A model generated the notes under the pieces. The model searched no databases and was not told where the DNA came from. It was given only the letters and a program-made list of their open reading frames with translations. A stretch of 64,000 bases of DNA. Source: Bacteroidetes bacterium CG12_big_fil_rev_8_21_14_0_65_60_17 (lineage in GTDB: Bacteria > Bacteroidota > Rhodothermia > Rhodothermales > UBA10348). Positions 46,426 to 56,016 of the stretch are shown here, one piece after another. A program made the translations under genes and the position numbers. The stretch lies in NCBI GenBank assembly GCA_002787815.1, contig PCUY01000025.1:44-64043 (forward strand). Reading direction: 5' to 3'. Every line of letters begins with the position of its first letter. Position 1 is the first letter of the stretch.

Positions 46426-48615
46426 TTACCGGTTGAAAATTGTCAACTGGTCACCCGGGCGAATAGTATTCGAAGACAGGCTGTTCCACTCCTTGATGTC
46501 CGCAACCGACACACCGTGTCGCCCTGCAATTCCAATCAGTGTGTCCCCCCGGCGAACGGTATAGGTGACAGAGGGCGCCATCTGCGGGTAGAGCAGCAAT
46601 TCCTGACCGACCCGGATGCTCGATCCGCGAATGCTGTTCCAACTTCGCAGTTGGGACAGGGGTACGCCGTGGTCCGCCGCTATCTCACTCAGCGTATCGC
46701 CGCGTTTGACTGTATAGCGCACGGGGTCGTTGCCTTCCGATGGGACTGCGCGCCGTCCGTCCGTATAAATCACCAGCGTCTGCCCCGTGCGGATGACCGA
46801 ACCCGAGATGTTGTTCCACGACCTGACATCACTGACCCTCACCCCATATCTGGCGGCGATGCCGCCGAGTGTGTCACCGCGACGGACACGGTGCGACACC
46901 CGGACAGGTGCATTCTCCGAGGGGCTCGGCCCACTCTGCACGGTGCCAGTGGGCCGAGCCGTAGATGTCTGGGTGGATACGGTACGTACCGGCACCGAGG
47001 AGGCCGCGGAATTCTCAATCGCTTCGAGCAGGATAGGACGGACGAGACGCTGGCCATATTGTACCGTGCTGCTGTTTTCTGCAAACTGCGTCGTGGACAG
47101 GTCGGTTGTATAGTCGGCGATGGGGACGACCAGTCGCTGCCCGATGTTGATGCGGGTCGAACGAAGTCCGTTCTTCTGCATGAGTTGCGCTACAGACACC
47201 CCGAATTCGGAAGCAATTCCACTGAGCGTATTGCCCCGCTGCACGATATATTCGCCGCTGGGTCGACGGGAGGCCGGAGGCAATGCGTCATAGGCGGCAA
47301 GAAATCGATCCTGCGTACCAAGTGGCATGCGCAGATTGAAAGATCCCGTGGACGGAGGTAGCGACGCTCGTCGGAGATTGGGATTGAGCGCTTTGATTGT
47401 AGCGACATCGGATCCGGCCAGATCGGCAACATCATCCAGGCTCAACATGCCGGTTACCGGCACCACGTGGTAGGCATACTGCGGGCCACGCTCAGAGGGC
47501 TCAAGCCCATATGCCTTTGGGTTCGACGCAATGAGTGACGTGGCAATGAACATGGGTACATAGTTCCGCGTCTCCCGCGGGAGGAACGGGTACATGTCCC
47601 AGTACGTGGGGTTGGCGACTCCTCTTGCCCTGGCGCTGCGCTCGGCTCGCCTTATGCAGCGGGGTGAACAGTTGTACCCGGCAAGCGCAACATGCCAGTC
47701 CTCCCCGTAAAACCCGTACAACCACTTCAGATGGCGTGCAGCAGCCCGGGTGGACAACTCGGGATCCATCCGGTCATCGACCCAGGCATTCACATTCAGA
47801 TCATAGGCGCGTCCGGTTGCCGCCACGAACTGCCACATGCCGACGGCAGCCGCCCAGCTGCGCGCGCGGGGGTTCAAGCCGGACTCGATCATGGCCAGAT
47901 ATTTGAGTTCATCCGGAATACCCTCTTCCTGGAATATCTCCTCAACCATCGGGAAGTACGTGTCTGCACGTTGAATCCATGTAAGCAATACATCCCGGCG
48001 TTCGCGCAGCAGAAACTCCATGGAGTTTTCCACGAGGCGATTCATCGTCATGGGAACGGTCGTCCCAACGGGTTGCAGCGATCGCGGGACGACATCCTCG
48101 AGAAGCGGGTCCTCGACCGCCTCGAGCGCCGTGAACATATCGTTCCGGAATTCAAAAATATCCCCGAACGCCACGAAAAGCGTATCTGCCGGACCATAAA
48201 TGCGCTCATATTCGGCCACGATCGTCCGGTAGGCGTGCGTAAACCGGGGATCTTCGAGAAACTTCCTTTGCGAAGCCAACTGACCGAGTTCCCTCATGGC
48301 CGCGTCCACCGACGCCACGGCAGCATCGTCGTCCCCTCTGGCAATCGATGCCATGAGGTCCGACTGATGGGCGTAGAGGGCGGAAAGCCGCTCCAGGAAG
48401 TCGGCTTCCGATATGTCCAGCCCGGCATGCATTTTCAGCAGCAGATCGGCCGTGCGGGTGGTCGATAGGCTGTCAGGGGGGAGCAGCGCAACCCGCTCTG
48501 TCAGACGGTTTACCCCTTCCGGAGATCCATTCTGCGCCTGCGCCTCGCGCGTTGGCGTCAGAAGCAGGAACAGCAGCAGGGAGAGCAGGAAGGTCGGTTC
48601 TCTACGTGGGTTCAC
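46426..48615 (-). CDS. Lytic transglycosylase (SLT domain, MltD-like) with multiple C-terminal LysM domains
   Basis: SLT catalytic motif MIESGLNPRARSWAAAVGMWQF, and at least five LysM repeats (for example YTVRRGDTLIGIAGRHGVSVADIKEWN). Confidence 0.9.
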   Translation of the reverse strand: MNPRREPTFLLSLLLFLLLTPTREAQAQNGSPEGVNRLTERVALLPPDSLSTTRTADLLLKMHAGLDISEADFLERLSALYAHQSDLMASIARGDDDAAVASVDAAMRELGQLASQRKFLEDPRFTHAYRTIVAEYERIYGPADTLFVAFGDIFEFRNDMFTALEAVEDPLLEDVVPRSLQPVGTTVPMTMNRLVENSMEFLLRERRDVLLTWIQRADTYFPMVEEIFQEEGIPDELKYLAMIESGLNPRARSWAAAVGMWQFVAATGRAYDLNVNAWVDDRMDPELSTRAAARHLKWLYGFYGEDWHVALAGYNCSPRCIRRAERSARARGVANPTYWDMYPFLPRETRNYVPMFIATSLIASNPKAYGLEPSERGPQYAYHVVPVTGMLSLDDVADLAGSDVATIKALNPNLRRASLPPSTGSFNLRMPLGTQDRFLAAYDALPPASRRPSGEYIVQRGNTLSGIASEFGVSVAQLMQKNGLRSTRINIGQRLVVPIADYTTDLSTTQFAENSSTVQYGQRLVRPILLEAIENSAASSVPVRTVSTQTSTARPTGTVQSGPSPSENAPVRVSHRVRRGDTLGGIAARYGVRVSDVRSWNNISGSVIRTGQTLVIYTDGRRAVPSEGNDPVRYTVKRGDTLSEIAADHGVPLSQLRSWNSIRGSSIRVGQELLLYPQMAPSVTYTVRRGDTLIGIAGRHGVSVADIKEWNSLSSNTIRPGDQLTIFNR

Positions 48616-48744
48616 GCGTCGTCCGGTTTGATGGAGAGAAAATCTGCCTGACAGACAGGATAGTGCGTTCAGGCATTGCTTTCAAGTGCAAATGCAAGTG
48701 ACTGCATGGCAATACGTTGTGAGTGATCAACATCCCCTGATGTA

Positions 48745-50301
48745 TCAGAGCGGGATGTTGCCATGCTTCCGTTTCGGGTTCCGGACTGCCTTGTTGCGCA
48801 GCATGTGGAGACCGTCCACGAGACGCCGCCGCGTTTCAGACGGCTTGATGACATCGTCCACGAATCCGTACTCAGCGGCCACATACGGATTGGCAAACCG
48901 CTGCCGGTACTCTTCCGTAATCCGCTCCTCCGTGGCCACGGGATTGTCCGATTCGGCCAGCTCATGCCGATATATGATTTCCACGGCTCCCTTGGGTCCC
49001 ATGACCGCTATTTCAGCCGTTGGCCACGCCAGGTTCAGATCACCTCGGATATGCTTGGAGTTCATGACGTCGTAGGCGCCCCCATAGGCCTTCCGGGTAA
49101 TCACCGTCATCTTGGGTACCGTGGCTTCACAGAATGCATAGAGCAACTTTGCCCCATGACGAATAATGCCACGCCATTCCTGGTCTGTCCCCGGCATGAA
49201 GCCCGGAACGTCCTCGAATACCACAAGCGGGATATTGAACGCGTCACAGAAGCGGACAAAACGGGCACCCTTGACCGATGAATCGATGTCAAGCACGCCG
49301 GCCAGGACACCCGGGTTATTGGCTACGATGCCCACGGGTTGTCCTTCGAGCCGGGCGAACCCCACGACAATATTGGCGGCAAAATCAGGATGGATTTCGA
49401 AGAACGAATCCTTGTCCACGATCCGGTCAATCACCCCATGCATATCATAGGGTTTGTTCGGGTTGGTGGGCACCATGACATCCAGTGCAGCCGCGTCTTC
49501 TTCGGGTGGAGCGGCTGAATCATCTGCAATCGGAACCGGCTCCTCGCAGTTGGACGGAATGTACCCCATGAGCTGACGGATTGACAGGAGGCAATCCACC
49601 TCGTTGGGGCAGGCTCTGTGTGCGACGCCGCTCTTGGATGCATGCGTATTGGCTCCACCCAACTCTTCAGATGTGATATTCTCCTGGGTAACCGTCTTGA
49701 CCACATTCGGTCCGGTCACGAACATATAGCTCGTTCCCTGCACCATGAACACGAAATCGGTGATTGCCGGGCTGTATACCGCACCCCCCGCACACGGACC
49801 CATTACGGCGGAAATCTGGGGCACGACACCGGAAGCCAGCGTATTGAGTAGAAAAATGTCAGCATAGCCGCCCAGCGACACGACTCCTTCCTGGATACGG
49901 GCACCACCGGAATCATTGAGACCGATGATCGGGGCACCGTTTTCGAGGGCCAGGTTCATGATCTTCACGATTTTACGGGCGTTGGCATCTCCCAGCGATC
50001 CGCCGAATACCGTGAAATCCTGCGAATACACGTACACCAGGCGGCCATCAATCCTGCCGTAACCGGTAACGACACCATCCCCGTACGGCCTGTTTTCCGC
50101 CAGGCCGAATTCGTTCGTCTGGTGCCGTACAAACATACCCAACTCTACGAACGAGTCCCTGTCAAGCAGTATGTCGAGTCGCTCCCGCGCCGTCAGTTTA
50201 CCTTTCTCGTGCTGCTTCTCCATGCGCTTTTTGCCGCCGCCCAGAAGGGCTTCGGCTTGACGCGCCTCGAGATCGGCGTAGAGTTCATCGTGGGTGGGCA
50301 T
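48745..50301 (-). CDS. Acyl-CoA carboxylase carboxyltransferase subunit (propionyl-CoA carboxylase beta / methylmalonyl-CoA decarboxylase alpha family)
   Basis: [32 protein letters not shown], and the C-terminal half [13 protein letters not shown]. Confidence 0.92.
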   Translation of the reverse strand: MPTHDELYADLEARQAEALLGGGKKRMEKQHEKGKLTARERLDILLDRDSFVELGMFVRHQTNEFGLAENRPYGDGVVTGYGRIDGRLVYVYSQDFTVFGGSLGDANARKIVKIMNLALENGAPIIGLNDSGGARIQEGVVSLGGYADIFLLNTLASGVVPQISAVMGPCAGGAVYSPAITDFVFMVQGTSYMFVTGPNVVKTVTQENITSEELGGANTHASKSGVAHRACPNEVDCLLSIRQLMGYIPSNCEEPVPIADDSAAPPEEDAAALDVMVPTNPNKPYDMHGVIDRIVDKDSFFEIHPDFAANIVVGFARLEGQPVGIVANNPGVLAGVLDIDSSVKGARFVRFCDAFNIPLVVFEDVPGFMPGTDQEWRGIIRHGAKLLYAFCEATVPKMTVITRKAYGGAYDVMNSKHIRGDLNLAWPTAEIAVMGPKGAVEIIYRHELAESDNPVATEERITEEYRQRFANPYVAAEYGFVDDVIKPSETRRRLVDGLHMLRNKAVRNPKRKHGNIPL

Positions 50302-50318
50302 GGTCTTTCCGTGTCTGG

Positions 50319-51596
50319 TCAGTGATTGGCATACCGGGACTCTACCGCGTTCGTGAAAGACACCGCATCGTCCGAATAGATGTCGATATTGTATTTCTTG
50401 AAGACGTCCCGAGCCAGGATGGCACTTGCCTCTGACCAGGAATGGGCTGTGCGGAGGCGTCCGATCACGTCGTCAAATGCGCTCCTGTCCCCGTTGAAAA
50501 GTGAGGCGACGTAATAATCTGCCTGCCTTCCTGCGCGTCCCAGAACGTCACTGACGGACGCGGGGGAAGCGTCCGGTGCCGCATCGCGCGACGGCAGCCG
50601 CGCTTCGAATGTCTTCCATAACGGGGCGGATGGCGTCGTTCCGGTATTGTCGGGGGCGTCGCGGCGCTGCCGCTCGGCATACTGTTTCCAGAGCGGCTGA
50701 CGAGTATCATCATCTGCAGGCGCAGACGCTGCTGCCTCTTCTGGCGCTGCTGCCTCTTCTGGCGCTGCTGCCTCTTCTGGCGCTGCTGCCTCTGCTGGCG
50801 CTCCAGCGCCGCGCGCCGGCGATTCCTCGGCTTCCTGGATCAGTCTCCGCAGTGTTTCCGACGAAATCATATCGGCCTTGGCCATGCGGGCCTCCACTTC
50901 GACCACATGTGCAACTTCCGGCCGGTCGTGTGCCCTCAGGAAGTCGACAACAAACACGACGGGCAATCCACCTTCAACATGCCCGGATACGTGCACGAAT
51001 TCGAGAAGAGGCTCCAACGTCCGCATCCAGTCATCGACTGAAAAATCCGACGTGTATTGCCGTATGACATGGTTCAACGTCGCTTCAAGTTCGTTTCTCG
51101 AAACACGCTTATCCCGTTTTTTCTGCGTGTATGCCTGCACGGCCTGGACCACGTACGCATACTCCCTGAAATAACTCGCACGCCGCCGCAGGTCACCGAC
51201 AGAGACCGCCGCAGCACCGCCGGGAAAACAGAAATCCATGAGCGCAGGTACGGGGTTGATCAGAAATTGGAGCGTTGTTTCGACTGCCTGATGGACAGCC
51301 CTTGGCCATTCATCGGCCGGGAATCGGGCTACCGCCGTCACAGCATGACGCAGGTTTTCGAGTGCCGCCTGGACACCGTCTCCGGACATGTCAAACCACT
51401 CGAATGTACCGTCGAACCGTTCTCCGACCTCGATCTGGGCGCGGCGTTCGAGTGTCCGCTGCAGAAAGTGGACGACACAGCGGGGTGCACCAAGCGCGGC
51501 CAGCTCCGCCTGTCCACATCCCCCCGCCGGGTTGGATTTCGAGGCGGAATCCTGGACTACATTCCTGGCGAGCGCCTGGGCAATTTTTTTCCGCAT
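50319..51596 (-). CDS. Hypothetical protein with a central (AAAPEE)n repeat linker
   Basis: A 425-aa ORF with protein-like composition on both sides of a low-complexity linker. I recognise no domain. Confidence 0.6.
   Translation of the reverse strand: MRKKIAQALARNVVQDSASKSNPAGGCGQAELAALGAPRCVVHFLQRTLERRAQIEVGERFDGTFEWFDMSGDGVQAALENLRHAVTAVARFPADEWPRAVHQAVETTLQFLINPVPALMDFCFPGGAAAVSVGDLRRRASYFREYAYVVQAVQAYTQKKRDKRVSRNELEATLNHVIRQYTSDFSVDDWMRTLEPLLEFVHVSGHVEGGLPVVFVVDFLRAHDRPEVAHVVEVEARMAKADMISSETLRRLIQEAEESPARGAGAPAEAAAPEEAAAPEEAAAPEEAAASAPADDDTRQPLWKQYAERQRRDAPDNTGTTPSAPLWKTFEARLPSRDAAPDASPASVSDVLGRAGRQADYYVASLFNGDRSAFDDVIGRLRTAHSWSEASAILARDVFKKYNIDIYSDDAVSFTNAVESRYANH
50728..50799. repeat. 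Three perfect copies plus one imperfect copy of an 18-nt tandem repeat (coding AAAPEE)
   Basis: gctgctgcctcttctggc at 50728, 50746 and 50764, with a degenerate copy at 50782. Confidence 0.9.
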
Positions 51597-51712
51597 GAAA
51601 TGAAATCCAGGTTGGTCGAACGGATACGTGACTCACGCGTCATACGCGGGCCAGGCCCTCAGGTTTGTGCCCGGTCACAATTGTTTCCCACCAGACAAAT
51701 ACGGACCTGAAG

Positions 51713-53194
51713 TTGAAAAAGACCGACTTTGATGTTGTCGTGATAGGAGGAGGGGCAGCCGGGCTTACCGCCTCGGCGACGGCCGTCAGTCTCGGGGCGA
51801 AAACCCTGATGGTGGAAGCCGACCGGTTGGGCGGGGACTGCACCTGGTTCGGGTGCGTTCCCAGCAAAGCGCTGCTTTCCCTGGCTGAATTGGTGCGATG
51901 CGGCGACCTCCGCCGCGACGACCTGCCTGCCCGGTTGTGGGCCATCCGTGAACGGATTTACCAGCATGCCGATACACCGGAGCGCTTCGAGGCGCTCGGC
52001 ATGGAGGTCCTGTTCGGTCGGGCCCGTTTCACCGGGCCGGGCACGCTGGCTGTCGCGTGTGCCGATGGGACGACACGGGATGTCACATCCCGCCGTTTCA
52101 TTCTGTGCGCTGGAACGCGCCCGGCCCTGCCCCCTGTGGAGGGTCTTGAGGATGTGCCTTACAAAACCACACACTCTTTTTTTGAGATGAAGACCGTTCC
52201 CGACAGCCTCGTTGTTCTGGGGGCGGGGGCCGTCGGGGTGGAACTGGGTCAGGCCTGTGCCCGAATGGGCGTGGAGGTGATACTCGTGGAGCGGGAGCCG
52301 GGCATACTGCCGGCTGGCGACCCACTGTGGGCGCATCATCTGGATCCGGTCATCAGGCGGGACGGCGTGCGCGTACTGACATCAACGACAGTCACGAAGG
52401 TGGAGTGCGCAGGTTCGGGAACGTCGGTGCGCATTACAGCGCGCCGCGCCCACAAGTCACAGACCCACGTCGCCCTCGATGACGACGTTCTGCAGTTGGA
52501 GGCGGACATGTTACTCGTGGCCACTGGCCGGGAGCCGGCCACGCGGTCGTTGGGCCTTGAAATCGCCGGCGTTGCGACGGACGGTGGATTCGTGAAGACA
52601 GATGCCACCGGTCGCACGTCGAATCGACGAATATATGCGGCAGGGGACGTCACGGGAAAAGACCTCTTCACGCACGCAGCCGGCGCACAGGCGCGCGCCG
52701 CGGCCGTGCATGCCGTGCTCCGGTTTCCCCGGAAGTACAACGGTGATTCCATTCCGAAAGTCGTCTACACCCACCCCGAATGCGCATCGCTCGGCATGAC
52801 ATCGGCCGAGGCGGCGCGCGCCCGAACCGAGGGAAAGGACGTACAGACGTGGTCGCTTGCGCTCTCGAGCCTGGACCGCGCCGTGACCGACGGACACACC
52901 GACGGCACATTGCACATCCAGGCCACACGGCGGGGCCGTATTCTGGGAGCCACCCTCATTGCCGATCGGGCCGGGGAGCTGATTGGCACGGTTGGGCTGG
53001 CCATGCAGCAGCGCATCCCGCTGTCAGCCTTCAGTGAACTGGTGGTGGCTTACCCCACATGGACCGATGGTCTTCGAAAACTCGGTACCCAACAGGCAAT
53101 CTCCCGTCTTCCGACCGGCCTGCTTCGGCTTGCCGCGCGACTGCTTCGGCTTCGTGGTCCGAAGGTGGGGATATCGCCGGACGAGGTGGTGTGA
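51713..53194 (+). CDS. FAD-dependent pyridine nucleotide-disulfide oxidoreductase (dihydrolipoyl dehydrogenase/mercuric reductase-like)
   Basis: FDVVVIGGGAAG, the redox-active GGDCTWFGCVPSK, a second Rossmann motif LVVLGAGAVGVE, and YAAGDV. There is no ATG upstream of the FAD motif. The start is a TTG at either 51713 or 51665. Confidence 0.85.
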   Translation: MKKTDFDVVVIGGGAAGLTASATAVSLGAKTLMVEADRLGGDCTWFGCVPSKALLSLAELVRCGDLRRDDLPARLWAIRERIYQHADTPERFEALGMEVLFGRARFTGPGTLAVACADGTTRDVTSRRFILCAGTRPALPPVEGLEDVPYKTTHSFFEMKTVPDSLVVLGAGAVGVELGQACARMGVEVILVEREPGILPAGDPLWAHHLDPVIRRDGVRVLTSTTVTKVECAGSGTSVRITARRAHKSQTHVALDDDVLQLEADMLLVATGREPATRSLGLEIAGVATDGGFVKTDATGRTSNRRIYAAGDVTGKDLFTHAAGAQARAAAVHAVLRFPRKYNGDSIPKVVYTHPECASLGMTSAEAARARTEGKDVQTWSLALSSLDRAVTDGHTDGTLHIQATRRGRILGATLIADRAGELIGTVGLAMQQRIPLSAFSELVVAYPTWTDGLRKLGTQQAISRLPTGLLRLAARLLRLRGPKVGISPDEVV

Positions 53195-53356
53195 GGCCAG
53201 GGCCGGGGCAGGATTGTGAATTAAAGATAAACCCGGCTCGGCGATGCAATCGAGAGCTTTCCCGGGACGTCATTTAAGGTAGTATTGATTGCGGCCGATA
53301 CTCTTTCCCGAGGCACACTCTTGTTCATCCAGGATATGTCTCAAGGCGGTTTGTCC

Positions 53357-53398
53357 GGGAAGAGCCTGGCCGTGAGGTCAGGCTCTTCCCATTTTTTT
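53357..53398 (+). terminator. Strong rho-independent terminator-like hairpin
   Basis: A 12-bp perfect stem (gggaagagcctg / caggctcttccc), a 10-nt loop, then A followed by T7. It lies 163 nt after the oxidoreductase stop and 14 nt before the next ATG. Confidence 0.65.
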
Positions 53399-53411
53399 AT
53401 CCCGTGCCTAC

Positions 53412-54695
53412 ATGCCCATTCGTAGACAGACCGCCGCTGTACTGCTCGCATCACTGCTGTCGTTACCTGTACTGATTCCTGCCGCAACAGCCCAGGACAG
53501 CCGTCCGGCAACCATCACGTTGTTTCTGGATTGCCAGCAGACACGCTGTGACTCGGAGTTCATCCGACGGGAGCTTCCATATGTGAACCATGTCCTGGAT
53601 CGTGTCGGGAGTGATCTGCACCTGCTCGTCACATCGCAATCGTCCGGGTCGGGTGGACGCACCTACAACCTGGAATTCATAGGGCAGGGCAATTTTTCCG
53701 ACCTTCGCTATACGCTGACCGAGTCTGCGAATGTCAACGATTCCGAAAACGAGGAGCGGGCCGCACTGACCCGTGCCATAGAGCGCGGGGTCATTCCATT
53801 CGTGGTGCGCACGCGTGTTGGAGACCGCGTGTCCATAACTGTCGATGACATTGTGGGAGAAACACTTGCCGACGCCGTCACACCGGCCGACGATCCCTGG
53901 AATTTCTGGGTATTCAACGTAGGCGCAAGTGGCAACTATGAGGCCGAGGAAAGCAGCAATTCGCTACGCGTCAGCACGAACCTCTCGGCCAACCGGGTTA
54001 CGGAAGCCTGGAAAATCCGAACCAATGGACGGTTTACCTACCGGGAAAGCAATTTTGACGTGAGTGGTGGAACCGTTTCGAACATCAGATGGGACGGATC
54101 GCTGTTTGGCCTCGTGGCCAAGAGTATCGGAGATCACTGGGCTGCAGGGGGTACGGTCTTCTCGGAGACCAGTACGAGCCGCAACATCGAATACTCCATT
54201 TCAGCCTCCCCAACCATCGAGTACAACATTTTTCCCTACAGCGAATCGTCCCAGCGGGAGTTCCGCTTCCAGTACGAACTCAACTTCCGGCACTTCAACT
54301 ACGACAACGTGACGGTCTTCAACCGGCTGAGCGAGACGGTCATGCAGCAACAGTTCTCCGCCGAACTTGACCTGTCACGCCCCTGGGGCAATGCCAATGC
54401 ACGGTTGCAACTCGAATCATTTCTGACCGATTTCGAAAAATCACTCACCGACCTGAACCGCGTCCGGCTCGGAGCACGGGTGTTCTTCCGGATTGTGCGG
54501 GGACTCACCTTCAATGTGGGCGGCGAAATATCCTCGGTCAACGACCAGATCTACCTGCCACAATCCGTGGCATCGGACGAAGACATCCTGCTCGGGCGCG
54601 TAAGCCTGCCCACGAGCTTCGAATATAAAGTCGACTTCGGGTTCAGCTACCGGTTCGGATCCGTCTTCAACAACGTGGTCAATCCACGTTTTTGA
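53412..54695 (+). CDS. Hypothetical outer-membrane beta-barrel protein
   Basis: A signal peptide ending AATAQ, alternating amphipathic strands, and a C-terminal FGFSYRFGSVFNNVVNPRF (terminal Phe typical of OMPs). Confidence 0.6.
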   Translation: MPIRRQTAAVLLASLLSLPVLIPAATAQDSRPATITLFLDCQQTRCDSEFIRRELPYVNHVLDRVGSDLHLLVTSQSSGSGGRTYNLEFIGQGNFSDLRYTLTESANVNDSENEERAALTRAIERGVIPFVVRTRVGDRVSITVDDIVGETLADAVTPADDPWNFWVFNVGASGNYEAEESSNSLRVSTNLSANRVTEAWKIRTNGRFTYRESNFDVSGGTVSNIRWDGSLFGLVAKSIGDHWAAGGTVFSETSTSRNIEYSISASPTIEYNIFPYSESSQREFRFQYELNFRHFNYDNVTVFNRLSETVMQQQFSAELDLSRPWGNANARLQLESFLTDFEKSLTDLNRVRLGARVFFRIVRGLTFNVGGEISSVNDQIYLPQSVASDEDILLGRVSLPTSFEYKVDFGFSYRFGSVFNNVVNPRF

Positions 54696-54743
54696 AACCT
54701 TGTAGTCCTATCTTGCTGCCCCATCAAACCGGTATGAGTCCCC

Positions 54744-55985
54744 GTGCCCAGTAAAAAACCCCTCGGTATAGGTTTCATCGGAAGCGGTTTCATGACGCAA
54801 TTCCACATCCGCTCCTGGCAGGCGGTACGCGAAGCGGACATCCGGGGCGTATGGAGTCCGAACCAGCAGCACGCCGAAGGAGCCGCCACGCTTGCCAGGG
54901 AACTCCGCGTGGGAGAGGCGCGCGCGTTCGCATCCATCACGGACATGATTACCAGTCCGGACATTGACTGTCTCTGGATCTGCGGGCCCAACGACGCGCG
55001 GATCGGGAATATGGAGGAAATTGCAGATGCGCTCGAGCGCGGTGTCGGGACGCTCGTCGGCCTGGCTTGTGAAAAGCCGCTGGCCCGCAACGTGGCCGAA
55101 GCGAAGCGTGTCGTCGAACTGGTTGAAAAAACCGGTCTGCTGCACGGATATCTGGAGGACCAGGTATTTTCTCCCTCGCTGGTGCGTGGCCGTCAGCTCG
55201 CTTGGAAGCGCGGTGCGGCGCTCAGCGGCAGGCCATACCTGGCCCGTGCCGCCGAGGAGCACTCCGGGCCGCATGCGCCCTGGTTCTGGGACGGGGTCCG
55301 ACAGGGAGGCGGTGTGCTGAACGACATGATGTGTCACTCGGTCGAGGTTGCGCGTTTCCTGCTGACGCGTCCGGGCGCTCCGCGATCCTCCATCCGTCCT
55401 GTTGCCGTGACGGGCCATATCGCCTCGCTCAAATGGTCGCGGCCCGAATATGTGGAAGTCCTGCGAGAGCAGTACGGTGTGGATTATTCGCAGCATCCGG
55501 CCGAAGACTTTGCCCGCGCTACCATCGAATACGTCGATGAGCAGGGTCATCCGCTCGTAGCCGAAGTCACGACCAGTTGGAGCTATGTAGGGGCCGGCCT
55601 GCGCCTCTCCTCTGAACTGCTGGGTCCGGAATATTCATTGCGCATCAATTCGCTCGATGCGGGCGGGACCGTCTTCCTGAGCCGCAATGTCACGGGTCGG
55701 GCCGGTGAAGACCTCGTCGAAAAGCAGAATGCCGAGCAGGGCGACATGCCGTTTGTTGGCAATGAGGCTGCTGAATATGGCTACGAGGACGAGAACCGGT
55801 ACATGGTGCGCTGCTTCGTGGATGGCGTACAGCCTGCTATTGACTTCCATGCGGGTCTGGAAGTCACCGAAATGCTCATGGCCGCCTACATGAGCGCCGA
55901 ACAGGGGCGCCGCATTACCTGGCGGCCCGAAAACCTCGATACATTCGTACCGGCCGTTGCCCGGGGCGTGTGGAAGCCCAACTGA
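54744..55985 (+). CDS. Gfo/Idh/MocA family oxidoreductase
   Basis: N-terminal Rossmann motif LGIGFIGSGFMTQFH and EKPLARN. Length is 413 aa. Confidence 0.85.
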   Translation: MPSKKPLGIGFIGSGFMTQFHIRSWQAVREADIRGVWSPNQQHAEGAATLARELRVGEARAFASITDMITSPDIDCLWICGPNDARIGNMEEIADALERGVGTLVGLACEKPLARNVAEAKRVVELVEKTGLLHGYLEDQVFSPSLVRGRQLAWKRGAALSGRPYLARAAEEHSGPHAPWFWDGVRQGGGVLNDMMCHSVEVARFLLTRPGAPRSSIRPVAVTGHIASLKWSRPEYVEVLREQYGVDYSQHPAEDFARATIEYVDEQGHPLVAEVTTSWSYVGAGLRLSSELLGPEYSLRINSLDAGGTVFLSRNVTGRAGEDLVEKQNAEQGDMPFVGNEAAEYGYEDENRYMVRCFVDGVQPAIDFHAGLEVTEMLMAAYMSAEQGRRITWRPENLDTFVPAVARGVWKPN

Positions 55986-56016
55986 AATCCTGATCATTCC
56001 CGTTTTCAAGAAGACC

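Noticed and set aside
45706-47361. A 551-aa + strand ORF spanning the sigma factor gene and the LysM transglycosylase gene.
   Set aside because: It is antisense to two genes with clear motifs (ECF regions 2 and 4, and LysM repeats). The translation has no domain signature and is rich in R, H, C and G. It is a shadow ORF.
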